A stretch of DNA of 63,058 bases, filler included, from Chiloscyllium plagiosum (GCF_004010195.1; 6 parts of 6 records of this genome joined end to end with filler, not necessarily neighbours in it); one strand, 5' to 3'; numbered from the whole stretch's first letter, positions 52,127 through 63,058 are shown. The notes: generated from the sequence alone by a model not told the origin. Translations and numbers: made by a program.

Positions 52127-53209
52127 NNNNNNNNNNNNNNNNNNNNNNNNNNNNNNNNNNNNNNNNNNNNNNNNNNNNNNNNNNNNNNNNNNNNNNNNNN
52201 NNNNNNNNNNNNNNNNNNNNNNNNNNNNNNNNNNNNNNNNNNNNNNNNNNNNNNNNNNNNNNNNNNNNNNNNNNNNNNNNNNNNNNNNNNNNNNNNNNNN
52301 NNNNNNNNNNNNNNNNNNNNNNNNNNNNNNNNNNNNNNNNNNNNNNNNNNNNNNNNNNNNNNNNNNNNNNNNNNNNNNNNNNNNNNNNNNNNNNNNNNNN
52401 NNNNNNNNNNNNNNNNNNNNNNNNNNNNNNNNNNNNNNGTACTGAAAATTCGATTATTCCATTTCATCCTGTCAGGTCCTGTTGCTTTCCTCAGGTCCTG
52501 TTCAATTTCACTCCTGCATTTTCTAGCCTCCTCTCAGCTTTCTGCAGGTTTGAACTCCAGATAACCAACATCAGCTTCCCTGTTTGGTCTGCTCTACTCT
52601 AACTGCCTTTTGACATCCCAGGCTGAGAGTCTAGATTTGAAAGTCCCACCCTTACTCTTTGTGGGAACAGATTCTGACCGATCTCTGTCTCGTCCTTGGA
52701 AGCCTCCCACTGCCCTGACACTGATTTCCCATCATGTCACTGGTTCCAGTCTACTTTAACTAAATCACTACACAGTTTAGTAAAATAGTTCTCCATTTCC
52801 ATCCAGACTCTCTTTTGCACTGTGTTCTGATCTCTGTCACTGAAATTCTCCCCTATTCATAGCCCTTCCAGCTGCCTACATTCATTCCCTAAACGATGGT
52901 CTAAAACTAGGTAAAAACAATGACTGCAGATGCTGGAAACCAGATTCTGGATTAGTGGTGCTGGAAGAGCACAGCAGTTCAGGCAGCATCCGAGGAGCAG
53001 GCAACTGTCCCTTCTCTTTCACCATCACCCTCACAGGGGCAATAAATGCTGGCCCTGCCAGTGACACTCACGTCCCAAGAAGCAACTTAAACAGTTAAAT
53101 TATTTTGTCAGGATTGGATACAAATGTTCAAACATTTTACCAGTGAATGTTCTGTGAATTGAATTCCCTTCAAATGGCAGGGATTAAAATTGTTTCTCTT
53201 GTCTTCCAG

Positions 53210-53538
53210 GCCGTGAGAACTCCCAGCTCAAGCTGACCCTGCTGCCCCCTTCCCCGGAGCAGGTCAATGCCAAGGGCACTGCCACTCTGGTGTGCCTTGC
53301 CAATCACTTCTACCCCGATGAGCTGGAGGTGCAGTGGAAGAAGGATGGTGCAGTCATTTCGGACGGGGTTCAGACCAGCAACTACCTGCGAGCTTCGGAC
53401 AGCACCTACAGTGTCAGCAGCCTGCTGACCCTCTCTGGGTCTGACTGGGAGTCCAACGCTCGGTTCTCCTGTGCCCTCACCCGCGTGACCCTCCCCTCTC
53501 CCCTCAGCAAGAGCATCAGGAGATCAGAATGTGTGTAG
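53210..53538 (+). CDS. IGKC: Ig light-chain kappa (shark NS4/type III) constant exon
   Basis: Acceptor TTTCTCTTGTCTTCCAG, phase 1. RENSQLKLTLLPPSPEQVNAKGTATLVCLANHFYPDELEVQWKKDGAVISDGVQTSNYLRASDSTYSVSSLLTLSGSDWESNARFSCALTRVTLPSPLSKSIRRSECV*, with penultimate Cys for heavy-chain linkage. Confidence 0.92.
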
Positions 53539-54060
53539 AGTGTTTGAGACAGTCCACAGAGGAGACACAACTTTAAATAGAACTGGGCTGGGCTGGCAAG
53601 ACATAGGTCATTGTCAGCACTGAATTTCAACTCTCTTCCTTCTTGGGATTGGCTCAGAGATATGTCTGAGGTTCAGGGGTTAAGGCAGGTCATTGGGGCA
53701 ATTTAAAGGAGATTTAATTTGTATCTGACCCTGTGCTGCCCCTGTTCTGGGAATGTTTGTTGGGGACAGTGTTGACTTGTGATGTCGAGTAAAACTCCTC
53801 GATACTGAAGACTGTCAGCTGTACAAAAACAATGTGATCCTCAGAAGTCTCTGCTTCAGTAAACCAGATCTCCTTCCTGCTCAGCCGCTAGTTCCAATTT
53901 AAGGTTCTGTCACTATTTAAAGGGACAGGATTCTCTTTTTTTTGAGAAAATCTCCACAAGTGTTTTCCTCAAGCTCCATTGTGGCTGTGAATTCGAGCAG
54001 CTTCCTCTGTTATGCTGTTAATTGCAGTCTGTTTTCTGTTCATGTCAATCTGGAAAAGAG

Positions 54061-54066
54061 AATAAA
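54061..54066 (+). terminator. Polyadenylation signal of the kappa C gene
   Basis: First AATAAA ~520 nt after the stop codon, followed by a GT/T-rich tract (TCTGTCTTGTGTTTG). Confidence 0.7.
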
Positions 54067-54562
54067 GATGAAGAAGATTCAGTCTCTGTCTTGTGTTTGC
54101 TTTCGCGATAGACTGCTTCAGTCTCAGTTGATTGGCTACGTTTCAGCAAATGGTGGTCCTGATTGGCTGCTTGGATGGTCAATCAATAACACATCAGCAA
54201 AAGATTGGATTGGGAGCCAATCATCAATCACTTTCAAATGATCCCTTCCACCTGGAATCTGTTAAGTTTACAAGATTTTAAACAGAACAGAAACTGAAAG
54301 CTGCTGGGACTCAATTATTCCAATCTGAGGCATTCCCTCTTCACTCTGTCCAGACCCAGCTGGTGGGATCGCACTGTGCCCTCTCTGCTGATGCTGGGTA
54401 ACATTTGAAATGAGCTGTGGCCAATCACAGACACTGGAGGCTTCAGGTATTATATTCATTTGTCCCACCTTAGCCTGTTACTCAGTGACAGCTCAAAACT
54501 GAACTGAGTGAGGTCTTCGTTCAGAGAGAGGATCAGTCAGGATCTCACAGCATACATGACCC

Positions 54563-54708
54563 GGTGTGGGTGTGACTGTTACCCAGTACTATCTGTAGGT
54601 GTGTGCCTCTGAGTGTGGTTGTGACTGTTACCCAGTACTGTATGTAGGTGTGTGTCTCTGAGTGTGGATGTGACTGTTACCCAGTAATGTCTGTAGATGT
54701 GTGTCTCA
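54563..54708. repeat. ~49-bp tandem repeat, 3 copies
   Basis: GTGTGG(G/T/A)TGTGACTGTTACCCAGTA..TGTAG(G/A)TGTGTG(C/T)CTCTGA three times. Confidence 0.88.
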
Positions 54709-54722
54709 GCTTTGCTGCATTT

Positions 54723-56318
54723 CATAGAGTCTCAGAATCATAGAGTTGGACAGTACAGAAACAAACCCTTTGGTCCAACTCATCCATATCGACCAGATAT
54801 ACTAAACTAATCTAGTCCCATTTGCCAGCACTTGGCTCATATTTCTGCAAATCCTTCCTATTCATATACCTATCCAAATGTCCTTTCAATGTTGTAATTG
54901 TACCAACCTGCAACACTTCCTCTGGCAGTTCATTCCATGTATAAACCACACTCTGTGTGAAAACGTTTCCCCTCAGGTCCCTTTCAAATCTTTTCCTTTT
55001 CACCCTAAACCTAGTTCTGGACTCCCCCACCTTAGGGAAAATGCCTTGTCCATTTACTCTATCTGTGCCACTCATGATTTATAAACCTCTATAAGGTCAC
55101 CCCTCAGCCTCTGACACTGCAGGGAAAACAGCCCAGCCTGTTCAGCATCACCCCTTTACTAAAATAAAACCCAACAACCCTGGTAACATTCTTATAAATC
55201 TTTTTTGACCCCTTTCAAGATTCACAGCTTCTTTCCGATAAGAGGGAGACCAGATTTACACACAACATTCCAAAAGTGACCTAGCCAATGTCCTGTACAG
55301 CCACAACATGACTTCCCAACTCTTGTATTCGATACTCTGACTGAGAATAGAAAGCATACCAAAATGCCTTATTCACTATCATTTTGACCTGTTACTCCAA
55401 TTTCAAGGAACTATGAACCTGCACTCCAAGGTCTTTTTGTTCAGCAACACTCGTTCGTACCTTACTATTAAGGGGTTGCACGGTGGCTCAGTGGTTAACA
55501 CTGTTGCCTCACAGTGCCAGAGCCCTGGTTCAGTTCCAGCCTCGGATGACTGTCCATATGGAATTTTGCACATTTTCCACGTGTCTGCATAGGTTACCTC
55601 CCATAGTCTGCAGGTTAGGTGAATTGGCCATGCTAAATTGTTCAAAGTTCAGGCATATGTACTTTAGGTTCATTAGTCAGGGTTAAATGTAGAGGAACAG
55701 GTAGGGGTATGGGTCTGGATGGGTTACTCTTCAGAGGGTCAGTGTGGATTTGTTGGGCCAAATGACCTGTTTCCATACTGTAGGAATTCCATGATTAAGC
55801 ATCTAAATCCTGGCCTGATTTGACTTTCCAAAATACAGCTCCTCACATTTATCTAAATTAAACTCCATCGTGTTCTGCTGTAATTTTCTTCACTGCGCAC
55901 TACATCTCCAATTTAGTGTTATCTGCAAACTTACTAACTATACCTCCTATGTTCACATCCAAATCATTATGTCAATGACAAAAAGTAGTGGACCCAGTAC
56001 TGATCCTTGTGGCACACCACTGATCACAGGCCTCCAGTCTGAAAAGCAACCCTCCACCATCAGTCTCTGTCTTCTACCTTCAAGCCAGTTCTGTATCCAA
56101 ATACTTAGTTCTCCCTGTATTCCATGAGATCTAACATTGCAAACCAACCTACCGTAAGGAAACTCACTAAAGTCCATATAGATCATGCCCATTGCTCTGA
56201 CATCATCAATTGTCTTTGTTACTTCTTCAAAAAACTCAGTCAGGTTAGTGAGTCATGATTTCCTAGACACAATGCTGTGTTGACTATCCTGAATCAGTCC
56301 TTGTCTTTCCAAATATAT
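54723..56318 (-). mobile_element. CR1/HER1 RT 3' part with SINE insertion
   Basis: WIQNWLEGRRQRLMVEG..SGVPQGSVLGPLLF and RDLRGNVFTQSVVYTWNELP. 3' tail at ~54723-54750. Confidence 0.92.
55473..55793 (+). mobile_element. HE1-type tRNA-derived SINE with ATTAAG target-site duplication
   Basis: GCACGGTGGCTCAGTGGTTAACACTG..GGTTCAGTTCC boxes. ATTAAG at 55467-55472 and 55794-55799. Confidence 0.9.
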
Positions 56319-57025
56319 AGGAGAAAATGAGGACTGCAGATGCTGGAGATCAGAGCTAAANNNNNNNNNNNNNNNNNNNNNNNNNNNNNNNNNNNNNNNN
56401 NNNNTTAATTAATTAANNNNNNNNNNNNNNNNNNNNNNNNNNNNNNNNNNNNNNNNNNNNTGTCGATTCTCTTTGGTGTGAAAGTGAAGATACACTCTGT
56501 CAACTCATGCGCTGGCGCAAGATCCCTGGCAGTTCTCCAGAAAGAAAGGTTACATTCAAACTGTTCTGCACTATTTACGATTGGTATGTTCCAATCAAAT
56601 TTAATTTTAAAGTGTCTTAAATTTACATTTCCAATTGGTGTAATTTGGCAGTTTAAAACTGACATGAATTTTGTTAGAATCTCCAATCGGGGGAATCAAA
56701 AACACCAAGTTCAAAACTCGTGCCCTACCCTTGACATAAAATGGACATTGTCAGATTTTGTCGCAGAGGGATTTAGGATGGATAAGGTACTTGGCAGAAT
56801 CCTGCAATGAGTGAGCTTTACTCTATCTCTGACCCAGGGTGTATCATGGCAGGGAACATTAACTACACAAGACACTTGTTATAGACCTGTTAATAATCCA
56901 CTTTAACTACACAGATGGAATGTAAGTCAGAGTGAGAAACAACTAATTCAGTATTTAACTCACAGCTGGAGGAAACAAAACACTTCATTACTTCTGTTGA
57001 ACTATTAAATGCAACTTTGAGATTT

Positions 57026-57407
57026 TTATTGACATGAATTAACAGTGTCCATCAGTGCAAGTGAAATGTTTACAAAACTCGGTTTACCGCTGGATTTATC
57101 GACTGTTCTGTTGATGATCTTCAATGGAATCACTTCATGCCCCACCACACAGGAGTAAGAAGCACCGCTGGCCCACTCCTCCGCTGTAATGGATAACAGG
57201 CTGTAGATGAAGAAGGAGGTGTTGTCACTCTCCCCCATCACCTCGGTGTTCTTGTAGTTACTGGAATTCACCGGTTTGTCCACTTGACGAAGATCTCTCG
57301 GGGGAAGAAACCTCTCACTGAACAGGTGAGGGAGAGAAACCTCTGAGCGGAGATTTCTTCTGTTGGTGGCAGGAGGACCGACACTGATGGCTCCAGCGGA
57401 TTAATCA
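57026..57407 (-). pseudogene. IGHM: Shark IgM CH4 plus secretory tailpiece exon, frameshifted
   Basis: [42 protein letters not shown], then a frame change, then [84 protein letters not shown]. Acceptor TTCTGCAG. Internal membrane-form donor G|GTAAAC at 57087. AATAAA overlaps the stop (57025-57030). Confidence 0.92.
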
Positions 57408-57862
57408 CTGCAGAATATTGGAGACAAATATAAATCAACCAAAAAAATCCTGAACCAGTATCACAATTTCACTAAATATTAAAATACGCCATGTTTAATT
57501 TGGGATTTATTCACTTTCGCTTTTTAAAGGAGCAGTATGGTACAAATACTGTTCAGTAAAAAAAGGAAAGTTTACTGTGAAAGTTGCCTCCATGTTTCCA
57601 GTGCACAACATGGGCATTCTGTCCAATTGTCATTGCTGATGGTGGCGTCACAACTCAGGCTTCTTCCCACTATATATGACTTAATCAGAATACAATATCC
57701 TTTGGTCCATCTTTTTCTTAATCAGCTACTTAGCTCTCCTGCCTTCAGATGCATCATTAATGCTCCCAACGGTGTTTGTTCATTCCCAATCAAAGCCTGA
57801 CATTGATGTAACTTGATCTGGATTACACATGGGATGCTTTGTGCTTTAATCTCACCGCTCAC

Positions 57863-58112
57863 CTTTCTCCTTGTGGATGGAGTGTCTCAGTGGAGTCGGT
57901 AGATTCTGATGGTACACCACACATTCAAAAGTAACGCCACTCAGCCAGGCTTCAGTAGAAATGTCTAATTTGCTGATCACGCTGTCGGGATTCTGTCCAG
58001 GCTGCTCAGCAATCTCTGATTTCAGAGGCTTCTTTTCTTGTCTCCAGGTGACGTTGACTCCAGAAGGAAGATTGGACATAACGCAGGTTAACGTCACCGT
58101 CGCCTCCAGTAA
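57863..58112 (-). CDS. IGHM: Shark IgM CH3 exon (5'-truncated by scaffold end; same gene as the frameshifted CH4)
   Basis: [83 protein letters not shown], phase-1 donor G|GTGAGC. Confidence 0.88.
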
Positions 58113-58250
58113 NNNNNNNNNNNNNNNNNNNNNNNNNNNNNNNNNNNNNNNNNNNNTTAATTAATTAANNNNNNNNNNNNNNNNNNNNNNNNNNNNNNNN
58201 NNNNNNNNNNNNTCTCTCTCAATCTCCCTCTCTCTCTCTCTCTCTCTCAG

Positions 58251-58571
58251 CTTCTGTCTCCCTCCGACATCCGTCTCTCCGAGTGATCCCTCCATCTATC
58301 CGGGAGATGGTGACCAAGCGGACTGCGACTCTGCACTGCGTAGCCACCCTGTTCACCCCTGAGCACATCACCTTCCTCTGGAAGGCTCAGGGACTGGAGA
58401 TTTCCGGGTCTTCCCGGATCCTGGTACCAACTGCCAATGAGGATGGTAGCTACAGTGCCCGGAGTGAGTTAACGTTGGCACGGGAGGACTGGGAGGCAGG
58501 GACCAGCTACACCTGTCAGCTTGCAAATGCACAGTCCGATCCCATAAGCACCTCTCTTCATGTGGAAGACG
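58251..58571 (+). CDS. Intact internal Ig C1-set exon of uncertain gene identity
   Basis: (CT)n-CAG acceptor, donor G|GTGAGT, 321 nt, phase 1/1: (A)SVSLRHPSLRVIPPSIREMVTKRTATLHCVATLFTPEHITFLWKAQGLEISGSSRILVPTANEDGSYSARSELTLAREDWEAGTSYTCQLANAQSDPISTSLHVED. Has ATLxC, FxP, W, NxDGSYS and DW..G.SYTC motifs. Confidence 0.88.
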
Positions 58572-59588
58572 GTGAGTCTGGGGCAATGTGGTGGGGGGTG
58601 GGCCAATCTGGAGGGAGGGTATTGGTTGGGAGAGTGGGTTAGGGTCTCAACGGAGGTTATGGGATGGGGCAGCANNNNNNNNNNNNNNNNNNNNNNNNNN
58701 NNNNNNNNNNNNNNNNNNNNNNNNNNNNNNNNNNNNNNNNNNNNNNNNNNNNNNNNNNNNNNNNNNNNNNNNNNNNNNNNNNNNNNNNNNNNNNNNNNNN
58801 NNNNNNNNNNNNNNNNNNNNNNNNNNNNNNNNNNNNNNNNNNNNNNNNNNNNNNNNNNNNNNNNNNNNNNNNNNNNNNNNNNNNNNNNNNNNNNNNNNNN
58901 NNNNNNNNNNNNNNNNNNNNNNNNNNNNNNNNNNNNNNNNNNNNNNNNNNNNNNNNNNNNNNNNNNNNNNNNNNNNNNNNNNNNNNNNNNNNNNNNNNNN
59001 NNNNNNNNNNNNNNNNNNNNNNNNNNNNNNNNNNNNNNNNNNNNNNNNNNNNNNNNNNNNNNNNNNNNNNNNNNNNNNNNNNNNNNNNNNNNNNNNNNNN
59101 NNNNNNNNNNNNNNNNNNNNNNNNNNNNNNNNNNNNNNNNNNNNNNNNNNNNNNNNNNNNNNNNNNNNNNNNNNNNNNNNNNNNNNNNNNNNNNNNNNNN
59201 NNNNNNNNNNNNNNNNNNNNNNNNNNNNNNNNNNNNNNNNNNNNNNNNNNNNNNNNNNNNNNNNNNNNNNNNNNNNNNNNNNNNNNNNNNNNNNNNNNNN
59301 NNNNNNNNNNNNNNNNNNNNNNNNNNNNNNNNNNNNNNNNNNNNNNNNNNNNNNNNNNNNNNNNNNNNNNNNNNNNNNNNNNNNNNNNNNNNNNNNNNNN
59401 NNNNNNNNNNNNNNNNNNNNNNNNNNNNNNNNNNNNNNNNNNNNNNNNNNNNNNNNNNNNNNNNNNNNNNNNNNNNNNNNNNNNNNNNNNNNNNNNNNNN
59501 NNNNNNNNNNNNNNNNNNNNNNNNNNNNNNNNNNNNNNNNNNNNNNNNNNNNNNNNNNNNNNNNNNNNNNNNNNNNNNNNNNNNNNNN

Positions 59589-59880
59589 GCGCTGTCTCCC
59601 CCACTCCCCCACTCACTCTCCCACTCCCTCAATTCCCCCTCATTGCCCCCTCTCTCCCTCACTCACCCTCTCACTCACACACTCATCCTCTCACTCAATC
59701 TCCCACGCCCTGACTCATTCTCCCACTCCCTCACTCACGTCCTCACGCACACCCTCGCTCCCTCACTCCCTCCCTCACTCACTCACTCCTTCACTCATGC
59801 CTGCACTCCCTCCCTCCCTGACTCAGTCGCGCACTCACTCACTCCCACTCCTTCCCTCTGCCATCCCTCTTCCTGACACA
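59589..59880. repeat. (CACT/CCCT)n low-complexity tract
   Basis: Pyrimidine-rich CTCA/CTCC repeats. Confidence 0.85.
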
Positions 59881-59999
59881 GTCTGAGCCAAACACCCTTC
59901 ACATTCCCCCCCAATGGAGTTGCACTCTCCCTGCTCCATTCCCAGTTTCCCCTCCATCCCAAATTCCCAGCTCTTCACCCCTCAGCCAGCATCTTCCCA

Positions 60000-61135
60000 G
60001 TTAGATACACATTCCGAGTAATGTGCACCGTTCTCCTCTCGCTATCGCTTGGTCAGACCCACAAAGTGAACAGCGTGCACAGTTCCAATTTAACTATCCC
60101 GCAGTCAGATCAACATTCAGAGCACCGTGCACAGTTCCCATCTCTGTATCCCTCGGTCAGACCCACACTCGGAGCACCGTGCACAGTTCCCACCTCCCTA
60201 TCCCTCGGTCAGACTCACACTCAGAGCACCGTGCACAGTTCCCATCTCCCTATCCCTCGGTCAGACTCACACTCAGAGCACCGTGCACAGTTCCCATCTC
60301 CGTATCCCTCGGTCAGATCCACACTCGGAGCACCGTGCACAGTTCCCCATCTCCGTATCCCTCGGTCAGACCCACACTCAGAGCACCGTGCACAGTTCCC
60401 ATCTCCGTATCTCTCGGTCAGACCCACACTCAGAGCACCGTGCACAGTTCGCATCTCTGTATTCCTCGGTCAGACCCACACTCAGAGCACAGTGCACAGT
60501 TCCCATCTCCGTATCCCTCGGTCAGACCCACACTCAGAGCACCATGCACAGTTCCCATCTCCCTATCCCTCGGTCAGACCCACACTCAGAGCACCGTGCA
60601 CAGTTCCCATCTACGTATCCCTCGGTCAGACCCACACTCGGAGCGCTGTGCAGTGTTCCCGTATCTGTATCCCTCAGTCAGACCCACACTCAGAGCGCCA
60701 TGCACAGTGTCTGTCTCCGTATCTCTCGGTCAGACCAACATTCGGAGCTCAGTGGACCATTCCTGTCTTCATTTCCCTCAATCTGACACGCACTCGGAGC
60801 ACCATGTAGCGTTCCCGTCTCACTATCCCTCGGTCAGACCCACAAAGAGAGCACCCACAGTTCCAATTTAACTATCCCTCAGTCAGACCCAAACTCGGAG
60901 CACAGTGCATAGTTCCCATCTCCGTAACCTTCGGTTAGACCCACACTTGGAATGCCGTGCACAATTCCCACCTCCCTATTCCTGGGTCAGACCCGCACTC
61001 GGAGCACCGTGCACTGTTCCTGTCTCCATATCCTCAGTCAGACCCACACTTGGAGCACCGTGCACAGTTTCCACCTTCATATCCCTTGGTCAGACCCAGA
61101 CTGGGAGCATCATGCACAGTTCCTGTATCAGCACC
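60000..61135. repeat. 52-bp minisatellite (~21 copies)
   Basis: Unit CTCGGTCAGACCCACACTCAGAGCACCGTGCACAGTTCCCATCTCCGTATCC. Homogeneous in the centre, degenerate at the edges. Confidence 0.96.
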
Positions 61136-61164
61136 TTTCGCTGACACCCACACTGGGAGAATCA

Positions 61165-61292
61165 GGCTCTCTCTGGCTCTCTGTCTCTGTGTGTGTGGGT
61201 GTCTCTCTCTCTCTCTGGCTCTCTCTACCATTCTCTCTCTCTATCTCTTCCTCCCTGTATCTCTACCTGTCTCTCAATTTCTCTGTCTATCT
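61165..61292. repeat. (CT)n microsatellite
   Basis: TCTC-rich tract at the scaffold end. Confidence 0.85.
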
Positions 61293-61801
61293 NNNNNNNN
61301 NNNNNNNNNNNNNNNNNNNNNNNNNNNNNNNNNNNNTTAATTAATTAANNNNNNNNNNNNNNNNNNNNNNNNNNNNNNNNNNNNNNNNNNNNACCAATAT
61401 CACAATTTCACTAAATATTAAAATACACCATGTTTAATTTAGGATTTATTCACTTTCGTGTTTTAAAGGAGCAGTATGGTACACATACTGTTCAGTAAAA
61501 AAAGGAAAGTTTAATGTGAAAGTTGTCTCCATGTTTCCAGTTCACAACAAGGGCATTCTGTCCAATTGTCATTGCTGATGGTGACGTCACAACCCAGGCT
61601 TCTTCCCACCTTATCTGACTTAATCAGAATACAATATCCTTTGGTCCATCTTTTTCTTAATCAGCTACTTAGCTATCCTTCCTTCAGATGCATCAATAAT
61701 GCTCCCACTGGTGTTTGTTCATTCCCAATCAAAGCCTGCCATTGATGTAACTGGATCTGGATTACACATGGGATGCTTTGTGTTTTAATCTCACCGCTCA
61801 C

Positions 61802-62109
61802 CTTTCTCCTTGTGGATGGAGTCTCTCAGCGGAGTCGGTAGATTCTGATGGTAAGCCACACAGGCAAAAGTAAAGCCACTCGGCCAGGCTTCAGGAGAAA
61901 TGTCTAATTTGCTGATCACGCTTTCGGGATTCTGTCCAGGCTGCTCAGCAATCTCTGATTTCAGAGGCTTCTTTTCTTGTCTCCAGGTCACGTTGACTCC
62001 AGAAGGAAGATTGGACACAACGCAGGTTAACGTCACCGTCGCCTCCAGTAAGACTTGTTCTCCTGGCGGTGGGAGGAGTTTAACGGTGTTGGGTGGCACT
62101 CGGTATCTT
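61802..62109 (-). pseudogene. IGHM: Second shark IgM CH3 exon, probably frameshifted
   Basis: Acceptor TTGTTTCATAG, donor G|GTGAGC. Length 308 nt is not a multiple of 3. The phase-1 frame reads DTECHP, while the domain frame [59 protein letters not shown] is offset by 1 nt. Confidence 0.8.
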
Positions 62110-63058
62110 CTATGAAACAAAAATCAAAGTCAATGAAAAATGCCCCTTTCTGATACAAACAGCCAATCTTCAGATTCCTCCTTCACAGGGTGAAGACACC
62201 ACCTTCAAAATGGCAACTCCAACTATTCTGAAACGATGCTGACTATTGTTGATGTATTTTGATCTGTGAAAGCATTTGTGATTACCTATAACATACCCTG
62301 TGTAATTATTCCGAAAGAACACTGGCTTTGTAACAAGCGAAACCTGTGAAAAATGTAAAATCATCGAAGATACCATCATGTAACCCATGGAATTACCTTT
62401 CTTTCGGAATTTGTCTCTCACTTAAGACCATCTATTGATACTTGTGACAAGAGTAATCTGAATATAATGAGTTCATTTCCATGTTCATAACCCTTAGGTG
62501 CAAGTACTGCTGGTCACGCTGACTGCCAAATCACATCCCAAATTTTGGACAAATTATAATAAATAATAATTATTATCTTTGCAGAGTTCTAAAGTGTTAC
62601 AGGAGCGGTGAACATCCATGGGAATTCTGTTCATTATATTTAACATGATTAAAAATACTTTGCGTTATTGGTGTGATGTAATTCTCTAATTTATGTCATT
62701 GTTCCTCGTCGACTGTGTTTGGAGTAGATCTGAAAACAAGACATTGAGTACAGCAGTGGATATCGTGAAGGACACCCATCTCCTTAAGTCTTTCCCTCCA
62801 TTCAGTAGTTCATAACTGGTCTGTACTTTCACTTTACCAAGCTGCATTTTTTAATCTCTTCATAGAGCAGGGGAAACAACAAACAAACAAAAGCATCTTA
62901 AATTAATCTACAAACGCGATGGAAATGTCACTAATTTTATAGACATCCACTACTCACTGTGTAAACATCGCCACCCCAAACCAGGCTAAATCAGTCTATC
63001 TCGAGTTCCTCATTCATTCATCCCGATTGTAGCAATCCCACCAGAATTTATTCTCCTG

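Noticed and set aside
49933-55793. tRNA-like sequences with A and B boxes (50160-50235 and 55473-55545)
   Set aside because: They are heads of HE1-type SINEs with body and LINE-derived tail, not tRNA genes.
51936-59886. Long ORFs containing runs of X
   Set aside because: Artefacts of translating through N gaps.
60021-60871. 219-282 aa ORFs in all three + frames
   Set aside because: The 52-bp unit is not a multiple of 3, so the ORFs simply cycle through the frames of a minisatellite.
44498-61135. Tandem arrays as CRISPR-like repeats
   Set aside because: No unique spacers, and the DNA is clearly vertebrate.
62170-62345. Open stretch with a CAG acceptor upstream of the second CH3, as a possible CH2
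   Set aside because: No Ig-domain Cys/Trp pattern; probably intronic.

Overview
Eukaryotic DNA from a cartilaginous fish (shark; HE1-type SINEs, CR1/HER1 LINEs, shark-type IgM and kappa exons). The window is not one locus. It is six scaffolds joined by an artificial 100-nt linker (44 N + TTAATTAATTAA + 44 N): 1-28709, 28810-47952, 48053-56360, 56461-58112, 58213-61292 and 61393-63058. Each piece carries an immunoglobulin-superfamily exon. (1) An apparently orphaned IgM CH1 pseudo-exon preceded by a G-rich 32-bp tandem array, lying among GPR139/142-like GPCR pseudogene pieces and a Gmr1-type Gypsy element. (2) An intact CD300/pIgR-family V-domain exon followed by two in-phase Ser/Thr-rich stalk exons and a 2.5-kb 21-bp array that can encode a TTSRPG(T/V) mucin. 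(3) An Ig kappa (NS4/type III) C exon with 3' UTR. (4) IgM CH3 plus a frameshifted secretory CH4. (5) An intact C1-set exon that I cannot assign to a known shark Ig/TCR class, followed by a 52-bp minisatellite. (6) A second, paralogous IgM CH3 that appears frameshifted. The rest is mostly decayed CR1, Penelope-like, Rex1/Babar and SINE repeats. No V, D, J or convincing RSS was found by eye. All family assignments come from recognising motifs by eye; no database search was run.
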